From assembly GCF_900106595.1 (NCBI RefSeq), contig NZ_FNNC01000004.1, positions 124,305 through 148,304 of the forward strand: a DNA stretch of 24,000 nt, given 5' to 3'. The notes below the pieces were generated by a model. The model was not told the origin of the DNA, searched no databases, and saw nothing but the letters and a program-made list of their open reading frames with translations. Numbering within the stretch: position 1 is the stretch's first letter; every line of letters begins with the position of its first letter. The DNA comes from Marinococcus luteus (GTDB lineage: Bacteria > Bacillota > Bacilli > Bacillales > Marinococcaceae). Below are positions 9,272 to 16,663 of this stretch, one piece after another. A program made the translations under genes and the position numbers.

Positions 9272-9565
9272 TTATTCAAATTCCAGCTCTAATTTATAGC
9301 CTTGTTCGAATAATACTTTGCCGTCTTTGTATTCGCTCATCAATTCTTTATAAGCTTCTGTCCATTCCTTAAAAGCTTTTTCATCATGCATATCCAGGGA
9401 GTCATCAATTTTGCGCAGAAGCCGCTCTCTGTTAAATTCAAACACAGCGTACTCCATCATCATTTGAGCATATAGAGACTGAAGAATCTGCCTTGAAGGT
9501 CTTCTTCCATTTTGAATTGGTTTCACTTTTTTCATAAAATGCTGCTCATGAGTTGGATGTAACAT
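9272..9565 (-). CDS. IDEAL domain-containing protein (YhzC/YpiB-like domain); start uncertain (ORF is open to 9814)
   Basis: SLYAQMMMEYAVFEFNRERLLRKIDDSLDMHDEKAFKEWTEAYKELM matches the small IDEAL domain. AGGGGG upstream of MLHPTHEQHFMKKVKP supports this start. Confidence 0.7.
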   Translation of the reverse strand: MLHPTHEQHFMKKVKPIQNGRRPSRQILQSLYAQMMMEYAVFEFNRERLLRKIDDSLDMHDEKAFKEWTEAYKELMSEYKDGKVLFEQGYKLELEFE

Positions 9566-9846
9566 ATTCGTCGAACCCCCTGTTCTTATTGCAGCACCCA
9601 CCGGGCGCTGATCTTTTTTGAAGCGGGCGACGCGCGCATGGCCTCCCAATGCCTCTCTATTGATTGCCAGTAACTTTTGTGTGTACTGCACTATACCCAC
9701 CTTTAACGCCAGTAAAACTAATTGTCCGACAACTCCGGGAAGAATAAAAAAATAATGTATCCGCTTACATAATTTCATTATAGACCATTTCCTGCAAAAA
9801 TTCGAGTTATACAATTGAAAAAATTCAGCGTAAACGAAAAATTTTG

Positions 9847-9876
9847 TTGAAAAAAGGGAACGTATATTCGTATAAT
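9847..9876 (+). promoter_or_regulatory. Sigma-A promoter (TTGAAA-N18-TATAAT)
   Basis: Good match, about 35 nt upstream of the YhjD-like CDS. Confidence 0.65.
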
Positions 9877-9910
9877 GGATTTAATCATATAACGGAAGGA
9901 GAGAACAGAA

Positions 9911-10303
9911 ATGGTGATGACCGAGAAAGAGCATATCGTTATCCATTATGCTGTCCTCCTTCCTATCGTGAAAAAAGTACTGGCACTCGATACCCAGGCG
10001 CTTAAATCTTCTGGCGTACGTCTGCAGGGACCCTATGAACGCTTATTTCAACAGGCTTTCGATGCTCTTCAGTACGACCTCTATCAGCTGCGACTCTACA
10101 TGCAAAAAAAGAATATGCAGATCGTTTTTGAAGAAAATGATGGTGTTTTCACGCATTACGTGTACTATTATAACAGCGGCTCGGGGCGTACCTCCCATTT
10201 AAATGCCAATTTAAAAAAGCAGACAGAGCGCTGTCTTCATCTTTATTTCTCCGGCCGTTCCGCTTTAACAGATGACGATGTCCTGCATCCGGCTTCTGTT
10301 TGA
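9911..10303 (+). CDS. Conserved protein of unknown function, YhjD-like
   Basis: 130 aa; HIVIHYAVLLPIVKKVL, YERLFQQAFDALQYDLYQLRLYMQKKNMQI. GGAAGGAGAG RBS. Confidence 0.65.
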   Translation: MVMTEKEHIVIHYAVLLPIVKKVLALDTQALKSSGVRLQGPYERLFQQAFDALQYDLYQLRLYMQKKNMQIVFEENDGVFTHYVYYYNSGSGRTSHLNANLKKQTERCLHLYFSGRSALTDDDVLHPASV

Positions 10304-10382
10304 CAAATCATGGCGGCGGCGGTACATTAACGGTACAATTACAGGAAAATGACCCCAAGCTTCGGAAAAAGGAGAAAGCCGT

Positions 10383-11036
10383 GTGAAAAAACAATTTGCC
10401 ATTATCGGTCTCGGGCGGTTCGGTGTCAGCGTCAGTACAGAATTGTACAAGCTCGGTCATGACGTGCTGGCCATTGACAACAATGAAGAAAAACTCGACG
10501 ACATTACCAATCATTCTACGTACAGTGCCGTCGCCGATGGTACAGATGAGAAAGAGCTAAGAAACCTGGGGATTACAAATTTTGATCACGTGATTGTCGC
10601 TATTGGTGATGATCTCCAGGCAAGCATTTTGTGCACTCTCTTACTAAAGGAGATGGATATCCCTTCGGTCTGGGTAAAAGCACAGAATTTTCACCACCAT
10701 AAAGTTCTCGATAAAATCGGAGCAGATAAGATTATCCACCCGGAGCATGACATGGGTAACCGTATTGCCCAACATCTCGTTTCCGACCGTGTCATCGACT
10801 ATATTGAACTCTCCGCAGAGTATTCCATTATAGAAATTACCGTCCCGGCGTCCATGCATAAAAAAACCCTGGCCCAACTTGACATCCGGGCCAAATTTGG
10901 CGTTACCATTCTGGGCATCCGCCGCGGCAAAGAGGTTAATATATCTCCAACAGCCCAGGACCGCCTATACAAAGAAGACGTGCTTATTGCTATCGGCCAC
11001 AATAACGACCTGCGGCGGTTTGAAGAGACAAACTAA
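10383..11036 (+). CDS. ktrC: TrkA/KtrA-type potassium uptake regulatory protein (RCK_N plus RCK_C), KtrA/KtrC-like
   Basis: 217 aa; KKQFAIIGLGRFGVSVSTELYKLGHDVLAIDNNEEK (Rossmann), full RCK_C C-terminus. Confidence 0.9.
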   Translation: MKKQFAIIGLGRFGVSVSTELYKLGHDVLAIDNNEEKLDDITNHSTYSAVADGTDEKELRNLGITNFDHVIVAIGDDLQASILCTLLLKEMDIPSVWVKAQNFHHHKVLDKIGADKIIHPEHDMGNRIAQHLVSDRVIDYIELSAEYSIIEITVPASMHKKTLAQLDIRAKFGVTILGIRRGKEVNISPTAQDRLYKEDVLIAIGHNNDLRRFEETN

Positions 11037-11054
11037 CCTTTAGATTATGAAAAG

Positions 11055-11093
11055 AAGCAGCATCCCCATATCAACAGGGCTGCTGCTTTATTA
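11055..11093 (+). terminator. Rho-independent terminator downstream of ktrC
   Basis: AAGCAGCA-tCCCC...GGGc-TGCTGCTT followed by TATTATG. Confidence 0.65.
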
Positions 11094-11162
11094 TGTATAA
11101 TTGGTTTCCTGGATGATTAACGAATGTCACCGTGACCGGGGCAAGCACGATGATATCTTTTC

Positions 11163-11636
11163 TTAAGAAAAAGAAATCGGCGGCTGATTTTTTGCCGTTG
11201 AAGCTGCAAACAGGCCATGAAGCATTTCCTTGTTCGCTGTGATGTCTTTGACCGTATACTTATCGAGCACCGACAAATACGCTTTCAGAGCCTCTCCCAA
11301 AACACCCTGGAGTCGGCATCTGCCTGCTAAAATGCACTGGTTCGATTCCGGATCAAAGCATTCCACAAGCGTCAGATTATCTTCTGTCTGCCTTACAAGC
11401 CAGCCAATGTTGATTTCCTCCGGTTCTTTGGCCAAACGAATTCCTCCGTTCCTGCCTTTCACCGTGTGAATGACGCCAAGCTTCGACAGCTCATGCCCAA
11501 CCTTAGTCAGATGGTTGTACGAAATGGAGTATGCAGTCGATATTTGCTTAATACTATGCAGAGACTCGTCTTCATCATGAGCGGCCAGGTACATTACCAT
11601 CCGTAATGCATAATCCGTATAGGTTGTTAACTGCAA
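11163..11636 (-). CDS. nsrR: Rrf2 family transcriptional regulator, NsrR-type
   Basis: 157 aa; MQLTTYTDYALRMVMYLA and CFDPESNQCILAGRC (C-X7-C-X5-C) Fe-S ligand pattern. TTG start with AAAGGAG RBS. Confidence 0.9.
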   Translation of the reverse strand: MQLTTYTDYALRMVMYLAAHDEDESLHSIKQISTAYSISYNHLTKVGHELSKLGVIHTVKGRNGGIRLAKEPEEINIGWLVRQTEDNLTLVECFDPESNQCILAGRCRLQGVLGEALKAYLSVLDKYTVKDITANKEMLHGLFAASTAKNQPPISFS

Positions 11637-11663
11637 AGCCCTCGCTCCTTTTCATCCAGGATA

Positions 11664-11704
11664 GTGATAGTTTATCACACCCTGTAAATGTTAATCTAAT
11701 TAAC
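11664..11704. promoter_or_regulatory. Two inverted repeats upstream of nsrR: GTGATA-GTT-TATCAC and GTTAAT-CTA-ATTAAC
   Basis: Both have perfect 6-bp arms and 3-nt spacers, with centres 26 bp apart. Confidence 0.5.
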
Positions 11705-11711
11705 TGCCCAC

Positions 11712-11738
11712 AAAAAAAGAAGAGACAACGTCTCCTCC
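11712..11738 (-). terminator. Rho-independent terminator of mgtE
   Basis: Minus strand GAGGAGAC-GTT-GTCTCTTC followed by TTTTTTTT. Confidence 0.8.
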
Positions 11739-11768
11739 TTTCACTATTCTTTTTAGAAAAAACCGTCC

Positions 11769-13127
11769 TTAAATGCTCTGGATAAGCGACGAAGCTACCG
11801 TGAAATAAATCAGCAGGCTGATAATATCAGTGAGCGTTGTAATGAACGGTCCTGAAGCAATGGCAGGGTCGAGCTTCAGTTTGTTGATTACAAGCGGCAC
11901 AAGCGTACCGATAACACTCGCCATCCCAAGTGAAATCATGATGGAAAAGCCGACAATTACTCCTATCAGGGGCTCGCCGTAAAAAAGATACAATAAGATC
12001 GTAATCACAATGCCTGAGGCTACCCCAATCATGATGCCTGTGGAAAATTCCCGGCTGATCGTACGCCACAGCCCTTTTCGTTCAATGTTTCCCGTTGCAA
12101 GCGCACGTACGGATACAGCAAGCGACTGCGTGCCCGTGTTTCCGGCCGATCCCATAATCATCGGGATAAACGCTGCAAGCAGAACGACACTTTCGAGGGT
12201 ACTTTCAAACCAGCCGATTACCTGGGCTGTAAACAGTCCTAAAAACATCAGCAGAATAATCCAGGGAGCACGGAGTCTCGCTGCTTTAAATGCATTTACG
12301 CTCACATCTGTGGAACCACGGGACCCGGAGATTTCTCCAATGTCTTCCGACGCTTCTTCTGCAAGCACATCGAGTGCATCATCCACGGTTACAATTCCCG
12401 CGAGCCTTCCTTCACTGTCTATAACAGGCGTTGCCAGAAAATCATACTTCTGTATCAGCTGGGCGACCTCTTCCTGATCATCCTCTACATGGACAGACAC
12501 GACCCGGCTGCTCATTACCTCAGAAACAGTACGGTCTGAGTCCGCTACAATCAAGTCGCGGATCGAAGCAACACCAGCCAGTTTCTCCTCTTCATCCACT
12601 ACGTACAGATAATAGATCGTTTCTGCGTCCGGGCCCTCCCGCCGGAGGTGATCAATCACTTCATCGATTGTATCCGTTGCTTTGATAGAAACAAATTCTT
12701 TTGTCATGATGGCCCCGGCCGTTTTATCTTCATAGGCCAAAAGCTCCCGGACGTCGTTGGCGTCCTCCTGATCCATTGCCTGCAGAATATGTGTCATCTG
12801 CCTCGGCTCAAGCTCTCCCAGAAAGTCGGCAACATCATCTGCATACATATTGTTGTATACTTCAGCAGCATACTGATCGTTCAGCTGCAGGGCTACTTCT
12901 TTTTGCACTTCGGGTTCAAAGCTGTCAAATACTTCAGCGAATTCTTCCGGAGACAAAAACTCGTAAACCACTGCCCGTTCTTCATCAAGCTCCAGAAAAA
13001 CTTCTGCCTGATCCGCAGGGTGCAAATCCAAAAATAATTCACGAAACGCTTCCATGCGCTCCTGCTGCAGAGACTTCGCTATTAATTCCACGAACTCTTC
13101 CCGTGCCTGTTCGTTTAATTTCTCCAT
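11769..13127 (-). CDS. mgtE: Magnesium transporter MgtE
   Basis: Start placed at MEKLNEQAREEFV; MgtE N domain, two CBS domains, C-terminal PFIMGSAGNTGTQSLAVSVRAL and GPFITTLTDIISLLIYF. Sits behind an M-box. Confidence 0.96.
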   Translation of the reverse strand: MEKLNEQAREEFVELIAKSLQQERMEAFRELFLDLHPADQAEVFLELDEERAVVYEFLSPEEFAEVFDSFEPEVQKEVALQLNDQYAAEVYNNMYADDVADFLGELEPRQMTHILQAMDQEDANDVRELLAYEDKTAGAIMTKEFVSIKATDTIDEVIDHLRREGPDAETIYYLYVVDEEEKLAGVASIRDLIVADSDRTVSEVMSSRVVSVHVEDDQEEVAQLIQKYDFLATPVIDSEGRLAGIVTVDDALDVLAEEASEDIGEISGSRGSTDVSVNAFKAARLRAPWIILLMFLGLFTAQVIGWFESTLESVVLLAAFIPMIMGSAGNTGTQSLAVSVRALATGNIERKGLWRTISREFSTGIMIGVASGIVITILLYLFYGEPLIGVIVGFSIMISLGMASVIGTLVPLVINKLKLDPAIASGPFITTLTDIISLLIYFTVASSLIQSI

Positions 13128-13194
13128 CCTTTTTCCTCCTCTCCAGGCCAGGCAGCTGTACTTCTTCCGCCTGACACTTATTTCAAACAAAAAA

Positions 13195-13217
13195 CGCCTT
13201 CCACCGTTGGGAAGACG
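13195..13217 (-). terminator. Intrinsic terminator of the M-box riboswitch expression platform
   Basis: Minus strand CGTCTTCC-CAACGGT-GGAAGGCG followed by TTTTTTG, between the aptamer and the mgtE start. Confidence 0.85.
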
Positions 13218-13254
13218 TGCATAATCAGCCAGTCATCGTATATGCCCGTTCTGT

Positions 13255-13412
13255 TCCCTTTCGTCGAGCTTTAGCACTGCATAGCGTAGGAATGTATTAT
13301 CCAGCTTCATTAGAAAACACCTTAATTCGATGGATTCTGTTGACCCATTGGCGTCTTTAGACATTTTTGGGCAGAAGCTTATATCTACACAGGAGCCTCA
13401 CCTAACGAGATT
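13255..13412 (-). ncRNA. M-box (ykoK leader) Mg2+-sensing riboswitch aptamer
   Basis: Minus strand CTCGTTAGGTGAGGCTCCTGTG...CTTCTGCCCAAAAATGTCTAAAGACGCCAATGGGTCAACAGAATCCATCGAATTAAGGTG...AATGAAGCTGGAT...CAGTGCTAAAGCTCGACGA: the conserved M-box core. Confidence 0.95.
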
Positions 13413-13431
13413 ATAAATAGCAGTAACGTTG

Positions 13432-13460
13432 AATATAACGTTACGCTCTTTGTTTGTCAA
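13432..13460 (-). promoter_or_regulatory. Sigma-A promoter (TTGACA-N17-TATATT) for the M-box/mgtE transcript
   Basis: Minus strand TTGACAAACAAAGAGCGTAACGTTATATT. Confidence 0.8.
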
Positions 13461-13550
13461 CGCAGGGAGCACCCTTTTCTACTGGATATATTCCCTTTTC
13501 TGCCGATATAAAAATAGAGATTTTGACTTTTACAGACAGGATGTCCAACT

Positions 13551-14447
13551 ATGCGAAACGTATACTTGTTTTTTATGATCACTTTCCTGCTCACATGCTT
13601 CTTATCTCTCGGCGGTCTCTTTTACTATTATTACACTATCACTGCCGGCCAAAAAGAGAAAATCACCCTGGAAACCGCTCCCGAGGATTCTTCTACTGTT
13701 TCCGGACCACAGATTATTCTGATAGCGGGTACAGATAAAGAAGAAACAGCTTCCCGCGCTGATGTAATTATGATTATCTCTATCCATTCCGGTAACGAAT
13801 CCACGCTGCTGTTTAATATTCCAAGAGATACTAAGGTCTCCATTCCAGGAAGAGACGGTACGGATAAAATAAATCATGCCTACAGATATGCAGGGATGCC
13901 TTTACTAAAGAAAACAGCGGAAGAGTTTCTCGACACCCCCATCGATTTTACCGTAGAAGCTGATATGAAAGGATTCCGGGAGGTGGTTGATGCTTACGGC
14001 GGGGTTACAGTGCAAAACGATTTGGAATTCGTCAAGGACGAAGGAGACCCTTTCACCTACACGAAGGGAAATCTCCAATTAAATGGCGATCAGGCCTTAT
14101 ACTACGTCCGTATGCGCAAGCAGGACCCGAGGGGGGACCTGGGACGGAATCTCCGCCAGCAGCAGGTCCTCGAAGCGCTGCTTGAAAAAGCAAAGAGTCC
14201 GGCGACTCTTCAAAAAGCGGAAGAACTGCTTTACGCCCTCGGTGACCACATACACATGGATATGACTTTCCGGGATATCCGCAGCTTTTCTTATCACTAT
14301 ACGCCTGCCCTCACCCAGATCCAGACGACTGAAATTCAGGGAGTTTCTGCTGAAGAGAATGGGATAAGCTATTATCTCGTCTCTTCGGAAGAGCAAGGGA
14401 AAGCACAGCTCCGCCTGGATCGTCACCAGGCCGGCAAAAGCTACTGA
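13551..14447 (+). CDS. LytR-CpsA-Psr (LCP) family protein
   Basis: 298 aa; N-terminal TM, SRADVIMIISIHSGNESTLLFNIPRDTKVSIPG, KINHAYRYAG, FREVVDAYGGVTV, LNGDQALYYVRMRKQDPRGDLGRNLRQQQVLEAL. Confidence 0.93.
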   Translation: MRNVYLFFMITFLLTCFLSLGGLFYYYYTITAGQKEKITLETAPEDSSTVSGPQIILIAGTDKEETASRADVIMIISIHSGNESTLLFNIPRDTKVSIPGRDGTDKINHAYRYAGMPLLKKTAEEFLDTPIDFTVEADMKGFREVVDAYGGVTVQNDLEFVKDEGDPFTYTKGNLQLNGDQALYYVRMRKQDPRGDLGRNLRQQQVLEALLEKAKSPATLQKAEELLYALGDHIHMDMTFRDIRSFSYHYTPALTQIQTTEIQGVSAEENGISYYLVSSEEQGKAQLRLDRHQAGKSY

Positions 14448-14474
14448 CGTTTCTGGTCCTCCGGCTCAGAATTT

Positions 14475-15074
14475 TTATTCCTCAACGGCTTCACTTCGTT
14501 TCCAAATAAGAAAGGAAACCGCATTGTATCCGGCATGGGCAGCCGCAGCTCCCCACAGCGTTCCCTGCCATAAAAGCAGGCCGCCGAGCAGAAGGCCCAG
14601 GGCAAAAATCCACGCATGAATCAGCTGTTGGCCGGCGTATTGAGGCACATGCACCAGCATGAAAATAAATGAAGTAACGCATAAAGCAAAGATATCCGGC
14701 AGTACAAGCACCAGTGTTCCGAGCACTGCTGCCCGAAACAATATTTCTTCTGACACCGCCGCTCCGGCTGTTACGGCCCAAAAGCTCCCCCGTCGGCGGA
14801 TCAGTTCTTTTAAGAGATCAGTATATGTATTGTCCGGCACGGAAAACCACTGCTTTTTGTATGCCCCCCAGGTGAAAAACCCTGCCGCTATTCCCGTGCA
14901 GGCTCCGGTGAAACTATCGGCAGCAGCCGTATTAAAGGGAAACAGGCTGCTTATGTACATTAAAGTCTCCCCCTGAAACACAGCAGCAATGATAACAATA
15001 CCAACTGCAAACAGCAGGAAAAAGTTTAACCATAGGGCTCCTCCAGAAATCCGGGGGCCTGAACTGTTCATCAT
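14475..15074 (-). CDS. CPBP family intramembrane glutamic endopeptidase (CAAX-like)
   Basis: Multi-TM; AVSEEILFRAAVLGTL (EExxxR), FMLVHVP and LWGAAAAHAGYNAVSF motifs. Confidence 0.88.
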   Translation of the reverse strand: MMNSSGPRISGGALWLNFFLLFAVGIVIIAAVFQGETLMYISSLFPFNTAAADSFTGACTGIAAGFFTWGAYKKQWFSVPDNTYTDLLKELIRRRGSFWAVTAGAAVSEEILFRAAVLGTLVLVLPDIFALCVTSFIFMLVHVPQYAGQQLIHAWIFALGLLLGGLLLWQGTLWGAAAAHAGYNAVSFLIWKRSEAVEE

Positions 15075-15145
15075 GGCTGCTCTCCCTCCTACGGTCATTA
15101 TGTAAAAACAGCCGGCTGTGCAGGGCCGGCTGTTTGCTTTCCTTC

Positions 15146-15784
15146 TTATAATTCGTTGAGTGCTGCAATAATTTCCTGGTCGCCGCTGATCAGATCAAAC
15201 TTTTTGCGGATAGTACCAGGCGTGTCCAGAGATGCTGCGATTACTTTTGCCACATCGGCACGTGGAATTTCGCCTTTTTCATTCAGTTTTTGTTTTAACT
15301 GTACGGTTCCGCTCGGGTCATCGTTTGTGAGCACTCCCGGCCGTACAATGGTGTAGTCAAGGCCGCTTTCTTCAAGGTAGTCATCGGCTACGCGTTTAGC
15401 AATAAAGTAATGACGCATTTTTTCCGGACCGTTCTCCGGCTCATCCGTATTCATCGAACTTACCTGGATGAAGCGTTTCACCCCGTGGGCCTTGGAGGCT
15501 TCTACCGATTTTCTCGAACCCCACAAGTCAATAATGGTGGTTTTATCCGGTCCTGTATGGCCGCCTGACCCAGCAGCAAAGACGGCTGCATCTTTGCCGG
15601 CAAACGCATCGGAAATATCTCCTTCCAGATCACGGACTAGCGTTTCGTCCGCTCCAAGGCTCTTCAGTTCTTCTGATTGTTCTTCTTTTCTAATTAACGC
15701 CGTTACATGGTGATCCGTTTCCTTCAATTCCTCCACCAGGTGGCGTGCAATTTTTCCGTTTGCCCCAATTACAAGTACGTTCAT
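15146..15784 (-). CDS. NAD(P)-binding SDR-like oxidoreductase (YhfK-like)
   Basis: MNVLVIGANGKIARHLVEELKETDHHVTALIRK, FIQVSSMNTDEP, SGLDYTIVRPGVLTND. Confidence 0.88.
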   Translation of the reverse strand: MNVLVIGANGKIARHLVEELKETDHHVTALIRKEEQSEELKSLGADETLVRDLEGDISDAFAGKDAAVFAAGSGGHTGPDKTTIIDLWGSRKSVEASKAHGVKRFIQVSSMNTDEPENGPEKMRHYFIAKRVADDYLEESGLDYTIVRPGVLTNDDPSGTVQLKQKLNEKGEIPRADVAKVIAASLDTPGTIRKKFDLISGDQEIIAALNEL

Positions 15785-15819
15785 TGTAAATCCTCCTTCG
15801 ATTAACATTCCATGGTGAT

Positions 15820-15845
15820 ATTCCCATAACCTCCATAAAATAAAC
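15820..15845 (-). promoter_or_regulatory. Candidate sigma-B promoter (GTTTAT-N14-GGGAAT)
   Basis: Minus strand GTTTATTTTATGGAGGTTATGGGAAT, about 35 nt upstream of the SDR-like gene. Confidence 0.55.
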
Positions 15846-15908
15846 ACAGCCCCCCTCCCCCCTTTTGCTTCGGCCCGTCAATATATACGGTGAAAGGAGG
15901 TGAGACAC

Positions 15909-16133
15909 ATGGCTCAACTAACAAAAACCGATCTTTCTTTTGAGTTTTATTTAGGCCCCGGCGAAGACGGCAGCGGCGAATACAAGCGAAAAACATTCCG
16001 CAACATAAACCCTGAAATTTCAGACGATGACCTGCAGGAAATCGCGGATGGTATTGCTGCTCTCCAGCCTCACGTCGTGCAAAGCGTACAGCGCAACAAT
16101 GAGTACAACATGCAGGCCCCGGCCCCGTTGTAA
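15909..16133 (+). CDS. DUF1659 domain-containing protein
   Basis: MAQLTKTDLSFEFYLGPGEDGSGEYKRKTFRNINPEISDDDLQEIADGIAALQ; AAAGGAGGTGAG RBS. Confidence 0.8.
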   Translation: MAQLTKTDLSFEFYLGPGEDGSGEYKRKTFRNINPEISDDDLQEIADGIAALQPHVVQSVQRNNEYNMQAPAPL

Positions 16134-16166
16134 AACCGGAAGTGATTTTAAGCACAGGAGGTGAAG

Positions 16167-16391
16167 ATGATGAGCAAACAACTGCAGCTGCGTTTTGAAA
16201 GTGATTTCGGCAAAGCTACTACTCTTTCTATCGAAGAGCCGGCAGAACCGGTGGATGAAATGGCAGTAGAGGCCTTAATGGACACCATTATTGCTAAGGA
16301 AGCCGTTTTCACAAGTGATGGCATTGTCACTAAAAAAGTGTACGCAAGAGTCGTAGAACGAAACGTAGACACTATCTGGGAAACCAATTAA
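16167..16391 (+). CDS. DUF2922 domain-containing protein
   Basis: MMSKQLQLRFESDFGKATTLSIEEPAEPVDEMAVEALMDTIIAKEAVFTSDGIVTKKVYARVVERNVDTIWE; AGGAGGTG RBS. Confidence 0.8.
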   Translation: MMSKQLQLRFESDFGKATTLSIEEPAEPVDEMAVEALMDTIIAKEAVFTSDGIVTKKVYARVVERNVDTIWETN

Positions 16392-16398
16392 TCCGATG

Positions 16399-16430
16399 CC
16401 CTCAGCCTCTTCGGCTGGGGGATTCTTTAT
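16399..16430 (+). terminator. Possible rho-independent terminator or attenuator
   Basis: CCCTCAGCC-TCTTC-GGCTGGGGG followed by ATTCTTTA. Confidence 0.5.
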
Positions 16431-16445
16431 AAAGGAGGATTTTTC

Positions 16446-16634
16446 ATGGAGGAATGGATACAGCTGGCCGGAGACCAGGGAGCGGCTGTCGCACTTGCCT
16501 TTTTTCTTGTTTACCGGATGGAGCGGAAATTGGATACGCTCATCTGGACCGTGCAAAGGCAGAGCGAACAGCTTTTCTCATCTTCGAGAAACGCTAAACC
16601 ACCAAAGAATTCCATGCATATCAAGAAACCATAA
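16446..16634 (+). CDS. Small YvrJ-like membrane protein
   Basis: 62 aa; MEEWIQLAGDQGAAVALAFFLVYRMERKLDTLIWTVQRQSEQL, single TM then charged segment; AAAGGAGGATTTTTC RBS. Confidence 0.65.
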   Translation: MEEWIQLAGDQGAAVALAFFLVYRMERKLDTLIWTVQRQSEQLFSSSRNAKPPKNSMHIKKP

Positions 16635-16663
16635 ACAAAAGCCAGCCGGAATCCGGCTGGCTT

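Noticed and set aside
10304-10382. Possible c-di-AMP (ydaO-type) riboswitch upstream of ktrC.
   Set aside because: The gap is only about 80 nt and shows none of the conserved ydaO elements.
12010-12477. 155-aa and other plus-strand ORFs within 11827-13174.
   Set aside because: Antisense to mgtE with no independent support.
15846-15865. Pyrimidine-rich tract CCCCCCTCCCCCCTTTT between the SDR-like gene and the DUF1659 gene.
   Set aside because: Short low-complexity sequence. A G-tract on the minus strand is possible, but there are not four G-runs for a convincing quadruplex.
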